Shown piece after piece: positions 28,303 to 38,263 of a stretch of DNA of 64,000 nt. This DNA comes from Candidatus Enterousia sp. (GTDB lineage Bacteria > Pseudomonadota > Alphaproteobacteria > Rs-D84), in the NCBI GenBank assembly GCA_045546195.1, contig JAZQCH010000001.1, positions 231,489 through 295,488 on the forward strand, written 5' to 3'. Within the stretch, counting starts at the first letter, position 1, and each line of letters begins with the position of its first letter. The notes beneath the pieces were generated by a model, which worked only from the letters and a program-made list of their open reading frames with translations, searched no databases and had not been told where the DNA came from. Both the position numbers and the translations under genes were made by a program.

Positions 28303-29637
28303 ATGATAAAGATAACAATAGCTGGCCGCCCAAACACGGGCAAATCAACACTTTTTAACGCGCTGACTGGGACGCGCGACGCGCTGGTTCACGACCGTCC
28401 CGGTGTCACGCGTGACACAATTTCGGGCACATTTCGCGACCGTCCATACACGCTGTACGACACAGCGGGCCTGGAACGTGCGAATTCTGGGATTGCGTTG
28501 GATTCGACCAACATGGCGATTGATGCGGTTGCGACATCGGACGCGGTTTTATTTGTTGTTGATGGTCGTGTGGGGCTGACAAACGAAGACTTGGATTGGG
28601 CGAAATTGGTGCGTCGTAAAACCCGTGCGCCGGTACTGTTGTTGGTGAACAAAAGCGAATCGGAAAAGCGCCTATCCAACATCCATGACTTCTATAAGTT
28701 GGGCTTTGGCGAACCGGTTTTGGTATCTGCCGAACACAAACGCGGGTTCGAAGATATTTATGCGTTTTTGGACAAAATCGCAGGTTCTGCGGCGGATGCG
28801 CCTGTGCCTGAACGGCAATCTGATAATCGCATTAAAATTGCTATTCTGGGGCAACCCAATGTTGGTAAATCGACATTTGTAAATCGTGTGCTGGGGGAAC
28901 GGCGCCAAATTGTTATGGATGCGCCTGGCATTACCCGTGACACGGTAAAAATCCCGACCAAGTTCTATGGTCGTGATATTGTATTGATGGACACCGCCGG
29001 CCTGCGTCGCAAGGCGGGTGTCACCGACGATGTTGAAACATTATCTGCGTTAAAGTCCCTGGACGCGATTGACAAGGCGGACGTTGTAATCTTGATGGTT
29101 GATGCCACGCGCAATATTGAAAACCAGGCCCTGGGGATTGCGGCGCGTGTCTATAACGCGGGCAAGATTTTATGTGTTGCCCTGAACAAGTGGGATTTGG
29201 TTGAACCCGAAATTCGCGATGAAAAATTGCTGAAATTAAAGCATCAGTTTTCAAATTCGTTCCACCAGATTATCAAGCCTATGATTTTGGCGGTATCGGC
29301 TGAAACTGGCATGGGGGTTCAGAATATGTTTCGCCGTATTTATGAACAGTGGGATATTTCGTCGGCCCAGGCACCAACCAGTCTGGTAAATCGTATTGTT
29401 GAAAAACTGGTCGCCGACCGCCAGCCACCATTGTCACGCTTGAAACGCCCGATGAAGATTAAGTTTGCCCGTCAAACTGGTCGTCATCCAATGCGAATTA
29501 CAATAAATGTGGGTGGTGCGTCTGATATTCCGGAATCGTACACGCGGTATTTGCGTCGTGGTATTGCGACCGCGTTAAAGTGGGAACATCTGCCAATTGT
29601 GATTGAATACGAAAAATCCGACAATCCATACGATTAA
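28303..29637 (+). CDS. der: ribosome-biogenesis GTPase Der (EngA), tandem G domains
   Basis: 444 aa; two 'GxPNxGKST' P-loops (GRPNTGKST, GQPNVGKST), KH-like C-terminus. Confidence 0.9.
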   Translation: MIKITIAGRPNTGKSTLFNALTGTRDALVHDRPGVTRDTISGTFRDRPYTLYDTAGLERANSGIALDSTNMAIDAVATSDAVLFVVDGRVGLTNEDLDWAKLVRRKTRAPVLLLVNKSESEKRLSNIHDFYKLGFGEPVLVSAEHKRGFEDIYAFLDKIAGSAADAPVPERQSDNRIKIAILGQPNVGKSTFVNRVLGERRQIVMDAPGITRDTVKIPTKFYGRDIVLMDTAGLRRKAGVTDDVETLSALKSLDAIDKADVVILMVDATRNIENQALGIAARVYNAGKILCVALNKWDLVEPEIRDEKLLKLKHQFSNSFHQIIKPMILAVSAETGMGVQNMFRRIYEQWDISSAQAPTSLVNRIVEKLVADRQPPLSRLKRPMKIKFARQTGRHPMRITINVGGASDIPESYTRYLRRGIATALKWEHLPIVIEYEKSDNPYD

Positions 29638-29664
29638 GCAAACCGCCACATGGCGGTTTTTTTG
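29638..29664 (+). terminator. bidirectional rho-independent terminator
   Basis: 'aaaccgccacatggcggttttttt'. Confidence 0.7.
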
Positions 29665-29668
29665 TGTG

Positions 29669-30217
29669 TTAAAAACTGTAATTTATACCCAGTCCCAGAA
29701 AATTAAATCCGCGGTTCAGGTTTGTAAAATCGCCGTTTGAAAAGTGCTGGGTCAATATTTCTGCGCGTACGCGTTCGCCAATGTTTTTGCCGATGAACAC
29801 TCGTTCCCCGAATACCAGTCTGCTTTCCACATATTCATCCCCGCTGTCGCGCATGTACGGGCCGATTCCTGCGCCAATGTACCATCCACAAATTGATGCG
29901 AATACAACATCCCACGAAACGCCAATTGCGCCAAATGACGCGCCGTCATTGTGTCTGTATGCGAAATTTTGCAGCGCGTGAATATTCACGCGCCCTGGCA
30001 AACGCAGCAAGTTAATCGGCTGGCTGTATTGAATCATTGTGATTGTCATAGGATTTATTTCCCAATCCCACGGCCACACCAAATGCCCCAGGTCGCCGTG
30101 TCCAGTGCTTTGTGCTGCGTATATTCCAATGCTGTTGCGGGTTTCGTCCCCAAACATTGGGTTTGCGTTTATTGTCCAGGGCATCATAAACAAACAGAAA
30201 ATCATAATGCGCTTCAT
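29669..30217 (-). CDS. PagL-like lipid A deacylase / acyloxyacyl-hydrolase family outer-membrane protein
   Basis: 182 aa, signal peptide, C-terminal OMP signature ...GINYSF, 'HFSNG' His/Ser motif as in PagL. Confidence 0.5.
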   Translation of the reverse strand: MKRIMIFCLFMMPWTINANPMFGDETRNSIGIYAAQSTGHGDLGHLVWPWDWEINPMTITMIQYSQPINLLRLPGRVNIHALQNFAYRHNDGASFGAIGVSWDVVFASICGWYIGAGIGPYMRDSGDEYVESRLVFGERVFIGKNIGERVRAEILTQHFSNGDFTNLNRGFNFLGLGINYSF

Positions 30218-30415
30218 ATGGAAAATTATACCGTGTATTTGTCGTCGAATCTATTTGATAAAAATCTTAAAATAACGCCTTTTGTGCGCGACTAAACTAT
30301 TTACAGACCTAAAAAAAATTGATATAATCAAGATAAACATACATGCGTCATGCATGGTGTTTGTGTATAGAAAGGTTGGGTTTCTGGGCGTTCCAGAACA
30401 CAAGGAGAGTTTTTT

Positions 30416-32557
30416 ATGAAAAGTCAAAAAGTTGCGAATTCTGTCAAAAATGCGATAAGCACGGTCTTTTTGTTGGCTGGGGCGTTTTTTGTATGTTCGA
30501 CAATGTTATCAATTCGTGCGGTGTTTGCTGATCCGATTGCGCCGGTTGATTCTGTGGCGACGGCAAACGCATCGCGTGCGTCTGGCAATGCGCGAAATGC
30601 GCGCGCCAATCCGCGTGCCACGGCAAATGCTTCGCGCACATCTGGTAATGCGTCGCGTTCAACCGTGTCGCGCAGTACGGTCCAATCCCGTGCCGTCACA
30701 TCGCGTGCGAATGCTGCGCGTGCGAACGGTGCCACATCGCGTAATGTTGTGTCCCGTACAACGGCGGCGACATCGCGTGCCAATGCCAATCGTGTTCGCA
30801 CGGTTCGCGCCCGTACCGCCACAACCGATGCGGCGAACAATGCCCGCATCTCGTTACAGGGCAGTGCGATACGCGGGTCCAAGGCTTCTGCGACCACCCC
30901 AACATATTCTTATTTGACCAGCAAACTGTACACCGGCAACTATTCGAACATTATTGATTCCACAACTGGTTTGATTTCGGCTGACGCGTTCAGCAACTGT
31001 ATGGAATCATACTATACCTGTATGGACGAAATTTGTACCGCGCGTAATTCGGCCCAGCGTCGTTGTGCCTGTGCCGGCCGTGTCAAGGCATTTGCCGAGG
31101 CTGAAACCGCCCTGGAAACCGCAAACGAAGAATTGATTAAGGTATCTGGTGAATTGGCATTGTTAATCGCGAACAAGGGCAAAGATGTATCCGATGCGTT
31201 CCTGTTAACCGACGCTGAAAAGGTTATGAACTGTGTTTCCTGGCAGGATACGACCAACAAATATGGCCAAAGTTCCGAAGAAGCAATCGAATGGTGTTAT
31301 AACCACGGTATATACGGTGAAAATGGCGGCAAGGTGTCGACCTGTACAATGCCTTCTTACTGTTCGTCAACCGGGGATGGTGCAAACTCATTTGGATTTG
31401 ATGTCGATGCCCTGGACGGCAGTGGTTCCGACATCCTGGCATCACTTCAGGCGTGGGCCGATGCCAAGGAACAGACCATAACAATTCTGGACGACGATAA
31501 TGACGGCCTGTTGGCGTCATACAATAATCTGTCTGCGGCGGTCAGCGGTCTGGGCGGATTTGCCGGCGCGTTGGATTCGGCCGACGATTTAAAAGATTCC
31601 CTGGCGGAAACATGGGGGTATGAATTGTTCGAATATGCCCACAATAATGTATGTTCACGCGTTTTGGATTCCTGTTTTAACGGCATTTACGAAGCGTGCG
31701 GCACCCCACCATCTGGCACAAAATGTTCAAATGGCGCGGGCCAGTGTCCATATAATTACAACAGCCAGATTTCCGTGAACAATTCCGGCACATATGAATT
31801 GAACTTTGTCAAGGCGAACAGTGGTTATTCCGCATCGAATACCGCATCTTGCTTTGGTTATACATCAACATCGGGCGACCCGTATTCAAATCTGCGTGGC
31901 CCGGTTGCGGACGCGCGCCGCAGCATTATGCAAAAATATGCCCTGGACGCGAACGCCGACTGTGACGCCTATGGTGAACAGTTGCGCACCACCGCCCAGA
32001 ATATCGGTTATCAAAAGGTTGCCGCCCAACAGGCCCTGCAGCAAAAGCGTCTGGAATTCGCAACCGAAGAAACAGAAACAATCTTGTCGCGTGCGATTCA
32101 GGCTGGCACAAACTTTGATGCCTGTATCAGTGAACTGTACGAATGTTACGACGCGCAACTGGACGCGCACGGCCCTGGCAAAAACAGTGTCTGGACGGTA
32201 TCGCGTATCCGCACATATTGTTCCCAGGTTGCGAACGTCCCATCGTGCTACGAAGAAATGGTATGTAATCCATCAACATCCCAGTTCAAGGCTGTTATTG
32301 ACAAGGCGGACAGCACAACCTGTGCCAACACCCAGGATTACACAACGAACACATGTCGCAACATTGTGACATTGAACGAAATCCTGAACGGTACCGGCGC
32401 GGACGCGGCGTCCGACCCACGCACCAGCACCGATTCCGCGGCAATCCGCGAACAGTGTATGCAGGATGCGATTGGTATGGATGATGGTGATGTGGCTGTT
32501 CGTACCTGGCTGGAAACCGAGTGGAATAATATGAAAGGTGATAACACCCCCAAATAA
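30416..32557 (+). CDS. secreted Cys-rich protein with N-terminal Ala/Ser/Arg/Asn-rich tandem repeats (paralog P2)
   Basis: 713 aa; AAGGAGAG SD; TM/signal anchor 'ISTVFLLAGAFFVCSTMLSI'; residues ~50-150 are degenerate 'ANASR(A/T)SGNA' repeats; remainder Cys-rich with no recognisable domain. Confidence 0.6.
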   Translation: MKSQKVANSVKNAISTVFLLAGAFFVCSTMLSIRAVFADPIAPVDSVATANASRASGNARNARANPRATANASRTSGNASRSTVSRSTVQSRAVTSRANAARANGATSRNVVSRTTAATSRANANRVRTVRARTATTDAANNARISLQGSAIRGSKASATTPTYSYLTSKLYTGNYSNIIDSTTGLISADAFSNCMESYYTCMDEICTARNSAQRRCACAGRVKAFAEAETALETANEELIKVSGELALLIANKGKDVSDAFLLTDAEKVMNCVSWQDTTNKYGQSSEEAIEWCYNHGIYGENGGKVSTCTMPSYCSSTGDGANSFGFDVDALDGSGSDILASLQAWADAKEQTITILDDDNDGLLASYNNLSAAVSGLGGFAGALDSADDLKDSLAETWGYELFEYAHNNVCSRVLDSCFNGIYEACGTPPSGTKCSNGAGQCPYNYNSQISVNNSGTYELNFVKANSGYSASNTASCFGYTSTSGDPYSNLRGPVADARRSIMQKYALDANADCDAYGEQLRTTAQNIGYQKVAAQQALQQKRLEFATEETETILSRAIQAGTNFDACISELYECYDAQLDAHGPGKNSVWTVSRIRTYCSQVANVPSCYEEMVCNPSTSQFKAVIDKADSTTCANTQDYTTNTCRNIVTLNEILNGTGADAASDPRTSTDSAAIREQCMQDAIGMDDGDVAVRTWLETEWNNMKGDNTPK

Positions 32558-32588
32558 AAACACCCGCCAAATGGCGGGGTTTTTATTT
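32558..32588 (+). terminator. rho-independent terminator
   Basis: 'aaaaacacccgccaaatggcggggtttttattt'. Confidence 0.7.
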
Positions 32589-32727
32589 ATTCACAACTGG
32601 CTTCCACAAACCTGTGCCCAGGTTTTGGGTCCATGATTTTCCCGTCGCTGTATTCTTTGTCAGCTGAAAAATAAAATGCTAATCAACATTTCTTATATTT
32701 ATTGACAAATGCTGTTTCTGTGCTATT

Positions 32728-33087
32728 GTGTCAAGTATGAGTAATATGTTGGAACTTTCGCCAGAACTGCGTGAAATTGTCCGTCTGTCCATTGACAGTG
32801 GCTGGGTGTCTGTATATGTTGATCCCGATGGTGAATTTCATGAATATACGATTTTGGTTGGTGGATCGACGCTTTATCTGCGTCGTACCTATATTGACCA
32901 TGGTATTGAGTATATGATTGAATTTAACGACCGTGTTATCGCGCGCGTTGACATTTCTTCTGGTGCCAAGGCACGCACTGTTTCCGAATCAGAAATTTTA
33001 CAATTGTTCAATCTGTGTTCGGCGCGCATCATCGCCCAAGAAATGCGCACACGAATCCTGGACAGCAATCAAAAACAGTTTTCCTAG
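32728..33087 (+). CDS. hypothetical protein (119 aa)
   Basis: ORF only; GTG 32728 or ATG 32737 start; TTGACA box 32702-32707. Confidence 0.35.
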   Translation: MSSMSNMLELSPELREIVRLSIDSGWVSVYVDPDGEFHEYTILVGGSTLYLRRTYIDHGIEYMIEFNDRVIARVDISSGAKARTVSESEILQLFNLCSARIIAQEMRTRILDSNQKQFS

Positions 33088-33806
33088 ATTGCGCGCACAA
33101 CGCGACAAAATGTCACACCATAAACGGCCGCTGCGCCTGCCGCGATTAACACGCGACGCATTTCTGAAAATGTTGCGCCACTGGTCATAACATCGTCAAC
33201 CAATAAAATCTTCTTGCCGCGGATTCTGTCCGGTCGCACCACAGAAAACACGCCGCGAATATTTTCTGCGCGTTCACGCGCGTTCTTGTGTCCCATGTCG
33301 TCACGATATTTACGACGCACTGAATCTAAATCCATTTTAATCCCATACGCACGCGCGATTGGTCGCGCCAACAGGGTTGCCTGGTTATATCCGCGCTTGA
33401 ACAACCGTCGTGTTGCCAATGGTATGGGCAAAATAACATCCGCGTCCAAGTTAATATCGCGCAACGCCCAAATCATTGCGCGTGCCATAAATCCCGCGTA
33501 TTTAATTTTGCCGGCATGCTTGAACGGCAACATTGCCGCCCTGGATGCGTTGTCATATACACATGCCGAACGAATCCAATCTAATTCTGACTTGCCTGCG
33601 GCGCAAACTGGGCACAATGGCGTCCCGCCTAAATCTAAATCTGCGGGAAACGGATATCCGCACCGTGCGCATTTTGGATTTTCAATCCAGTTTATTTCTG
33701 TCCAACATGTGGCGCACAGTTCACCATGTGTTGACACCGGCGTATCACATAATGGACACGCCGGCGGAAACAGAAACTCTAATATTTTATTTATGAAATT
33801 TACCAC
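33084..33806 (-). CDS. ComF-family protein (double zinc ribbon + phosphoribosyltransferase domain)
   Basis: 240 aa; N-terminal 'CPLCDTP...CATCW...CARCGYPF...CPVC' and C-terminal PRTase 'ILLVDDVMTSGATF'. Confidence 0.7.
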   Translation of the reverse strand: MVNFINKILEFLFPPACPLCDTPVSTHGELCATCWTEINWIENPKCARCGYPFPADLDLGGTPLCPVCAAGKSELDWIRSACVYDNASRAAMLPFKHAGKIKYAGFMARAMIWALRDINLDADVILPIPLATRRLFKRGYNQATLLARPIARAYGIKMDLDSVRRKYRDDMGHKNARERAENIRGVFSVVRPDRIRGKKILLVDDVMTSGATFSEMRRVLIAAGAAAVYGVTFCRVVRAI

Positions 33807-35062
33807 GACATACTTTTATATGTTTTGCTGCCAACTGTATCGCCGAATATGTCGCGCTTTTGTTGTGTCAGTGTTTCGTATTGGTCGCTGGAAATAATGC
33901 GCAGAACGAATCCAGATTCATCACGATTGGACAAAACCGGCACAATTCGTTGCTGGGAAACACCGTTATCGGTCAGCACCTGTTCCACGATGGCCAATCT
34001 GCGTGCCGCCAACTTGCGTCCGTCTTTGGTTTTGGTCATGTGTTCTGGGATGGCCAACTGAATTGCGCGCGTTGGCTTGCTAACTACGATGCCGGCGTAT
34101 TCGGTCAACAGGTTATAGTTTTCGCGTGACAGTGCCGAATCTTCGTTGCGGAATTTGATTTTGATTTCCAGTGGTCGAATGCCACCACCTTCGGAAATAT
34201 CACGTTGTGCGGTAAATCCTTCGATTGACGATGACATATCACTGGCTACATCAAAACTGTCATCAATCGCATATGTTGACAGGTGTTTATTTTCAGACAG
34301 AAATGTTTTTCTGAACGCCTGGCGCAACTGTGCCGGTGTCATTTTTGTCATATCGTCGCGCACGGCAACAATTCGTGGCGAAGTATTTTTTTCAACGCTG
34401 CGTACAACCACATCATCTGTCATTGGCACGACCATACGACGCAGTGATACATTTTCTGTCTCGGCCTTTTTAGTGGCGGTTGCGACACGCACAGGCTCTT
34501 CTGTTTTTGTTTCTGTGATTGGCGCAGCGATAACGCGTGGTGAAACATATCGTACGCTTTCTTCGGCGCGCTTTTGTAATTCGGTTAATCGTGCGATTTG
34601 ATTATCGATTTCAGACAGTGGTGACGCTGTGCTGATGTTTTCAGTTTTTTGTGTTGCGATTGCGACCTTTTTGTCCAGGCTTTCTTCTGGCAACAAAGAA
34701 TCAGAACGAATCACAGAAAACTCACTTGCGCTTGGCATGCGTAATGCGAAATTGTCCGCCACCACCGGTGCGGTATTTTTTGCCCACAAATCATCACTGG
34801 GGCGACGCGGCGCCAACACATCATTGGATGCCAGCATTTGTTCGCCCATATCCACCGGCGCAGATTTTTTTGCGCTGCGCGCGACAACGGTTTTTGTGCG
34901 TGTTGCTGTGGGGGTGACCTTAGCCTTTTTTTCAATACCTTCGCCAAATGCGTTTCGTGCGGAAACCGCGCCCGACGCGATGTTCACGACCGGCAACCGT
35001 GCGGATGCAACCGTTGGCAGTATAACAAACATAGACAATACACTGATTGTAAAACGACGCAT
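33800..35062 (-). CDS. secreted hypothetical protein (~420 aa)
   Basis: start trimmed to 'MRRFTISVLSMFVILPTVASA' signal peptide with GAAGGGA SD; Thr/Lys/Ala-rich middle; C-terminal ~100 aa loosely OmpA/MotB-like. Confidence 0.45.
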   Translation of the reverse strand: MRRFTISVLSMFVILPTVASARLPVVNIASGAVSARNAFGEGIEKKAKVTPTATRTKTVVARSAKKSAPVDMGEQMLASNDVLAPRRPSDDLWAKNTAPVVADNFALRMPSASEFSVIRSDSLLPEESLDKKVAIATQKTENISTASPLSEIDNQIARLTELQKRAEESVRYVSPRVIAAPITETKTEEPVRVATATKKAETENVSLRRMVVPMTDDVVVRSVEKNTSPRIVAVRDDMTKMTPAQLRQAFRKTFLSENKHLSTYAIDDSFDVASDMSSSIEGFTAQRDISEGGGIRPLEIKIKFRNEDSALSRENYNLLTEYAGIVVSKPTRAIQLAIPEHMTKTKDGRKLAARRLAIVEQVLTDNGVSQQRIVPVLSNRDESGFVLRIISSDQYETLTQQKRDIFGDTVGSKTYKSMSW

Positions 35063-35204
35063 GATGTTCTTCCCTTCGTCACAATCATAGAACAAATGCC
35101 GAATCGCACGCAAGTGGAAAATATTGTTTTGACGACAATACCTTGCATAAAAATAAATGATTGTTATAATTCGCACTGAATAACGAAACAAAGGGTAAAT
35201 TTAT

Positions 35205-35801
35205 ATGCTAAAAAAAACAGAAGTTGTTTTATTTGATTTTGATGGAACTTTGTCTGGTCTGGATTCAAACGTTGCGTTTGCGCGTTATTGCTTTCGTCGC
35301 AGTATTCGTCCATGGTTGTTTTTGCCACTGATGGCCATCTGTGGTGTTGCGCGCTGGGTTCATCCAGACGGTGTTTGGTGGCGTGAAAACATCCGTCGTT
35401 TTTTAACGCCCAATATGGTGAAAAAATTCGCCCCTGGTTTTATTAAACAGCACAAGCGCGAACGTTTCGGCTGGGCCAAAGAAAAGGTTCAATCTGAACG
35501 TGACGCCGGTCGCAAAGTTTTAATGATTTCGGCCAGTCCTGATTATCTGTTGCCACAATTGGTGCGTGACATGAAATTTGACGCGGTATTTTGTTCCAAA
35601 ATGGACAAGAAAAAGCCATGGAAATATGAATTTCTGTGCTGGGGTAAAAACAAGGTTTTGGCAATGGATGAATGGGCGCGCGCGAACAAGATTATTCCGC
35701 ATGTCGTCCGTGCTTATTCAGACAGCAAATCTGATTTGCCAATGATGGAAATCGCCGAAGAACAGGTCTGGATTGATAAAAAGACCGGTCTGCGAAAATA
35801 A
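35205..35801 (+). CDS. HAD-superfamily hydrolase
   Basis: 198 aa; motif I 'VLFDFDGTL'. Confidence 0.65.
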   Translation: MLKKTEVVLFDFDGTLSGLDSNVAFARYCFRRSIRPWLFLPLMAICGVARWVHPDGVWWRENIRRFLTPNMVKKFAPGFIKQHKRERFGWAKEKVQSERDAGRKVLMISASPDYLLPQLVRDMKFDAVFCSKMDKKKPWKYEFLCWGKNKVLAMDEWARANKIIPHVVRAYSDSKSDLPMMEIAEEQVWIDKKTGLRK

Positions 35802-35841
35802 ACCCAGTGAATTTTTAATCCACAAATGTTAAAGTGTTTCC

Positions 35842-36114
35842 ATGGCTTTAATGGAAACACTTTTTGATTTAATCAGTGCATCTGCCGGCGCGATATGTGG
35901 TGCATTGTTTGCGTTCTTTTTGAATCGCAAACGCAACCAGAAAATGGCAACCCAATTGGTCGTCAGTCGCCAGGCCTTGGACAAAATCAAACTAGAAAAC
36001 GAAACATTGTTACAGCAAATTCATGACAAGGAAAATTTAATTATACAAATGCAGATGGAAATTCTGGGCAAAAAAGATGCCCCCAAACGCAAATCCAAAA
36101 CTAAACAGAACTAA
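35842..36114 (+). CDS. small membrane-anchored coiled-coil protein (90 aa)
   Basis: N-terminal TM 'LISASAGAICGALFAFFL' followed by heptad-like region; upstream of mrcA. Confidence 0.35.
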   Translation: MALMETLFDLISASAGAICGALFAFFLNRKRNQKMATQLVVSRQALDKIKLENETLLQQIHDKENLIIQMQMEILGKKDAPKRKSKTKQN

Positions 36115-36156
36115 ACATTTGCAAACGTCCCATTTTTGTCCTAGAATCTATTTATT

Positions 36157-38196
36157 ATGAAATTCAAGAAATTCTTGCGCATATTATTAAATATATTCTT
36201 TTGGGCGTTTGTCGCCGGTATTGCGTCGTTGGCGGCGTTGGTACTGGTGTATGGCAACGATTTGCCGGATTACAAAAAATTGGCAACCTATGCCCCGCCG
36301 GTTGCGACGCGCCTGTATGCGTCCGACGGTTCGTTATTACAAGAATACGCCGAAGAACGCCGTGTCTTTATTGATTACGCGGATATGCCGCCGATGTTGG
36401 TTAACGCGTTTATCGCCGCCGAAGATCAAAATTTCTGGACGCATCCCGGCATTGATGTCCAGGGTATAACCCGCGCATTGGCAAATAATGCCCTGCGTGC
36501 GATGGGGCGCGACACAACTCTGTCGGGGGCGTCAACCATCACACAACAGGTGGCCAAGAATTTCTTTTTAACATCTGAACGCACCCTCTCGCGCAAGATA
36601 AAAGAGGCTATACTTGCCCTGCGTCTGGAACGCAGTTTTTCTAAACAGCATATTTTGACCCTGTACATGAACCAAATATTCCTGGGGGCACGCGCGTACG
36701 GTGTTGGTTCGGCGGCATTGATGTATTTTAACAAACCTGTGTCTGAATTAAGCCTGGCGGAATGTGCGTTCCTGGCATCCTTGCCCAAGGCACCGAATAA
36801 TCGCACCCGTGCGGTCGAACGTCGTAATTATGTTCTGCGCCGCATGGTCGAAGAAGGATTTATATCCCAGGCTGATGCCGATGCCGCCGCCGCCGAAGAA
36901 TTAAATATCAACAGTGGCTTTACCGCCCAGATGGAAGCGGACTTTCAATATTTCGCCGAAGATGTCCGCCGTCAATTACTGGGTACACTTGGTCGCGAAA
37001 CATTGTACAACCAGGGCCTGTACATCAAGACAACAATTGTTCCTGAATTACAGCGTGCCGCCGCCGCCGCGTTAAACAAAGAATTGGATGTTTATAACAA
37101 TGGACGCACCGAACAACTCCAGGGGGCGATTATCGCGATGAATCCGCATACCGGTCGCATCGTTGCCATGACGGGCGGTCGTTCATTTCAGGACAGTTCG
37201 TTTAACCGCGCAACCCAGGCATACCGTCAAATCGGTTCAACAATCAAACCATTTGTGTATTTGGCGGCATTGGAACGCGGATACAGTCCACAAACAATGA
37301 TTCTGGATGCGCCGATTGTTGGTTGGCGTGAAAATGACACATTGTGGAAACCTGAAAATTACGATAAAAAATTCTTGGGCGATGTACCGCTTCGTCTGTC
37401 GCTGGAAACATCGCGAAATGTTCCAACGGTGCGTTTGGTTGAACAAATCGGAACCGAAAACGCGATTGAGGCCGCCCAGCGTTTCGGCGTCTATCCCGCC
37501 GATATGAAAAATATAAACCTGTCCATGGCGTTGGGGTCGGGCGAAACGACATTGGAAAAATTGGTTTTGGGGTATTCTGCGTTTATCAATGGTGGTCGCG
37601 TAATTCAGCCGAAATTGGTTGACTATATCGAAGACCGCTATGGTCGCCTGATTGATGGCACACAAACAGAAATTGTTGAATGGTCACCTGAATTAACCCC
37701 GCCGTCGGTCACGACCGATGACGAACCATTGTCCGACCCGCAAAGTCTGTACCAGATGGTGTCGATACTCCAGGGTGCGGTTGAACGCGGCACCGGGAAA
37801 CAGGCGCGCGTTCCCGGCCACACAATTGCTGGTAAAACCGGCACATCTAATGATGTCAAAGATGTCTGGTTTGTCGGATTTTCCAAGAATTTAATTGCCG
37901 GTGTCTATTTGGGGTTTGATACGCCAAAATCATTGGGGCGTGGTGCGGGTTCGCACATGGCGGCGCGTGTGTTTGCGGATTTTATGCGTGTTGCCCTGGC
38001 CGATGAAAAGAACCAGCCGTTTTCTGTCCCAGACGGTATGACATTTATGCGTGTTAACCGGCGCAGTGGTGCCGCTGCCACCGCCGACCCCGACGGCACG
38101 ATTATTACCGAAGTGTTCAAATCGGGCCAATCGCCAAACCCCGCCCCGCGTCAAACCGCGGCAAAATCCAGTGCGGTTGTTGGTGGCGTATTTTAA
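36157..38196 (+). CDS. mrcA: penicillin-binding protein 1A (bifunctional glycosyltransferase/transpeptidase)
   Basis: 679 aa; GT51 motifs 'EDQNFWTHPGID', 'GASTITQQ'; transpeptidase 'STIKP', 'SRN', 'KTGT'. Confidence 0.9.
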   Translation: MKFKKFLRILLNIFFWAFVAGIASLAALVLVYGNDLPDYKKLATYAPPVATRLYASDGSLLQEYAEERRVFIDYADMPPMLVNAFIAAEDQNFWTHPGIDVQGITRALANNALRAMGRDTTLSGASTITQQVAKNFFLTSERTLSRKIKEAILALRLERSFSKQHILTLYMNQIFLGARAYGVGSAALMYFNKPVSELSLAECAFLASLPKAPNNRTRAVERRNYVLRRMVEEGFISQADADAAAAEELNINSGFTAQMEADFQYFAEDVRRQLLGTLGRETLYNQGLYIKTTIVPELQRAAAAALNKELDVYNNGRTEQLQGAIIAMNPHTGRIVAMTGGRSFQDSSFNRATQAYRQIGSTIKPFVYLAALERGYSPQTMILDAPIVGWRENDTLWKPENYDKKFLGDVPLRLSLETSRNVPTVRLVEQIGTENAIEAAQRFGVYPADMKNINLSMALGSGETTLEKLVLGYSAFINGGRVIQPKLVDYIEDRYGRLIDGTQTEIVEWSPELTPPSVTTDDEPLSDPQSLYQMVSILQGAVERGTGKQARVPGHTIAGKTGTSNDVKDVWFVGFSKNLIAGVYLGFDTPKSLGRGAGSHMAARVFADFMRVALADEKNQPFSVPDGMTFMRVNRRSGAAATADPDGTIITEVFKSGQSPNPAPRQTAAKSSAVVGGVF

Positions 38197-38263
38197 TTCA
38201 TATAATAACATTTGTTTATCAAATCTTTTGTGATAAAATGTCAGCATAAGGAAAGGATTTTTT

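Noticed and set aside
30424-30917. 157-aa minus-strand and 142-aa plus-strand alternative-frame ORFs over the P2 repeat region
   Set aside because: They arise from the repetitive GC-rich N-terminal repeat DNA. The frame with SD, signal anchor and continuity into the 713-aa protein is the real one.
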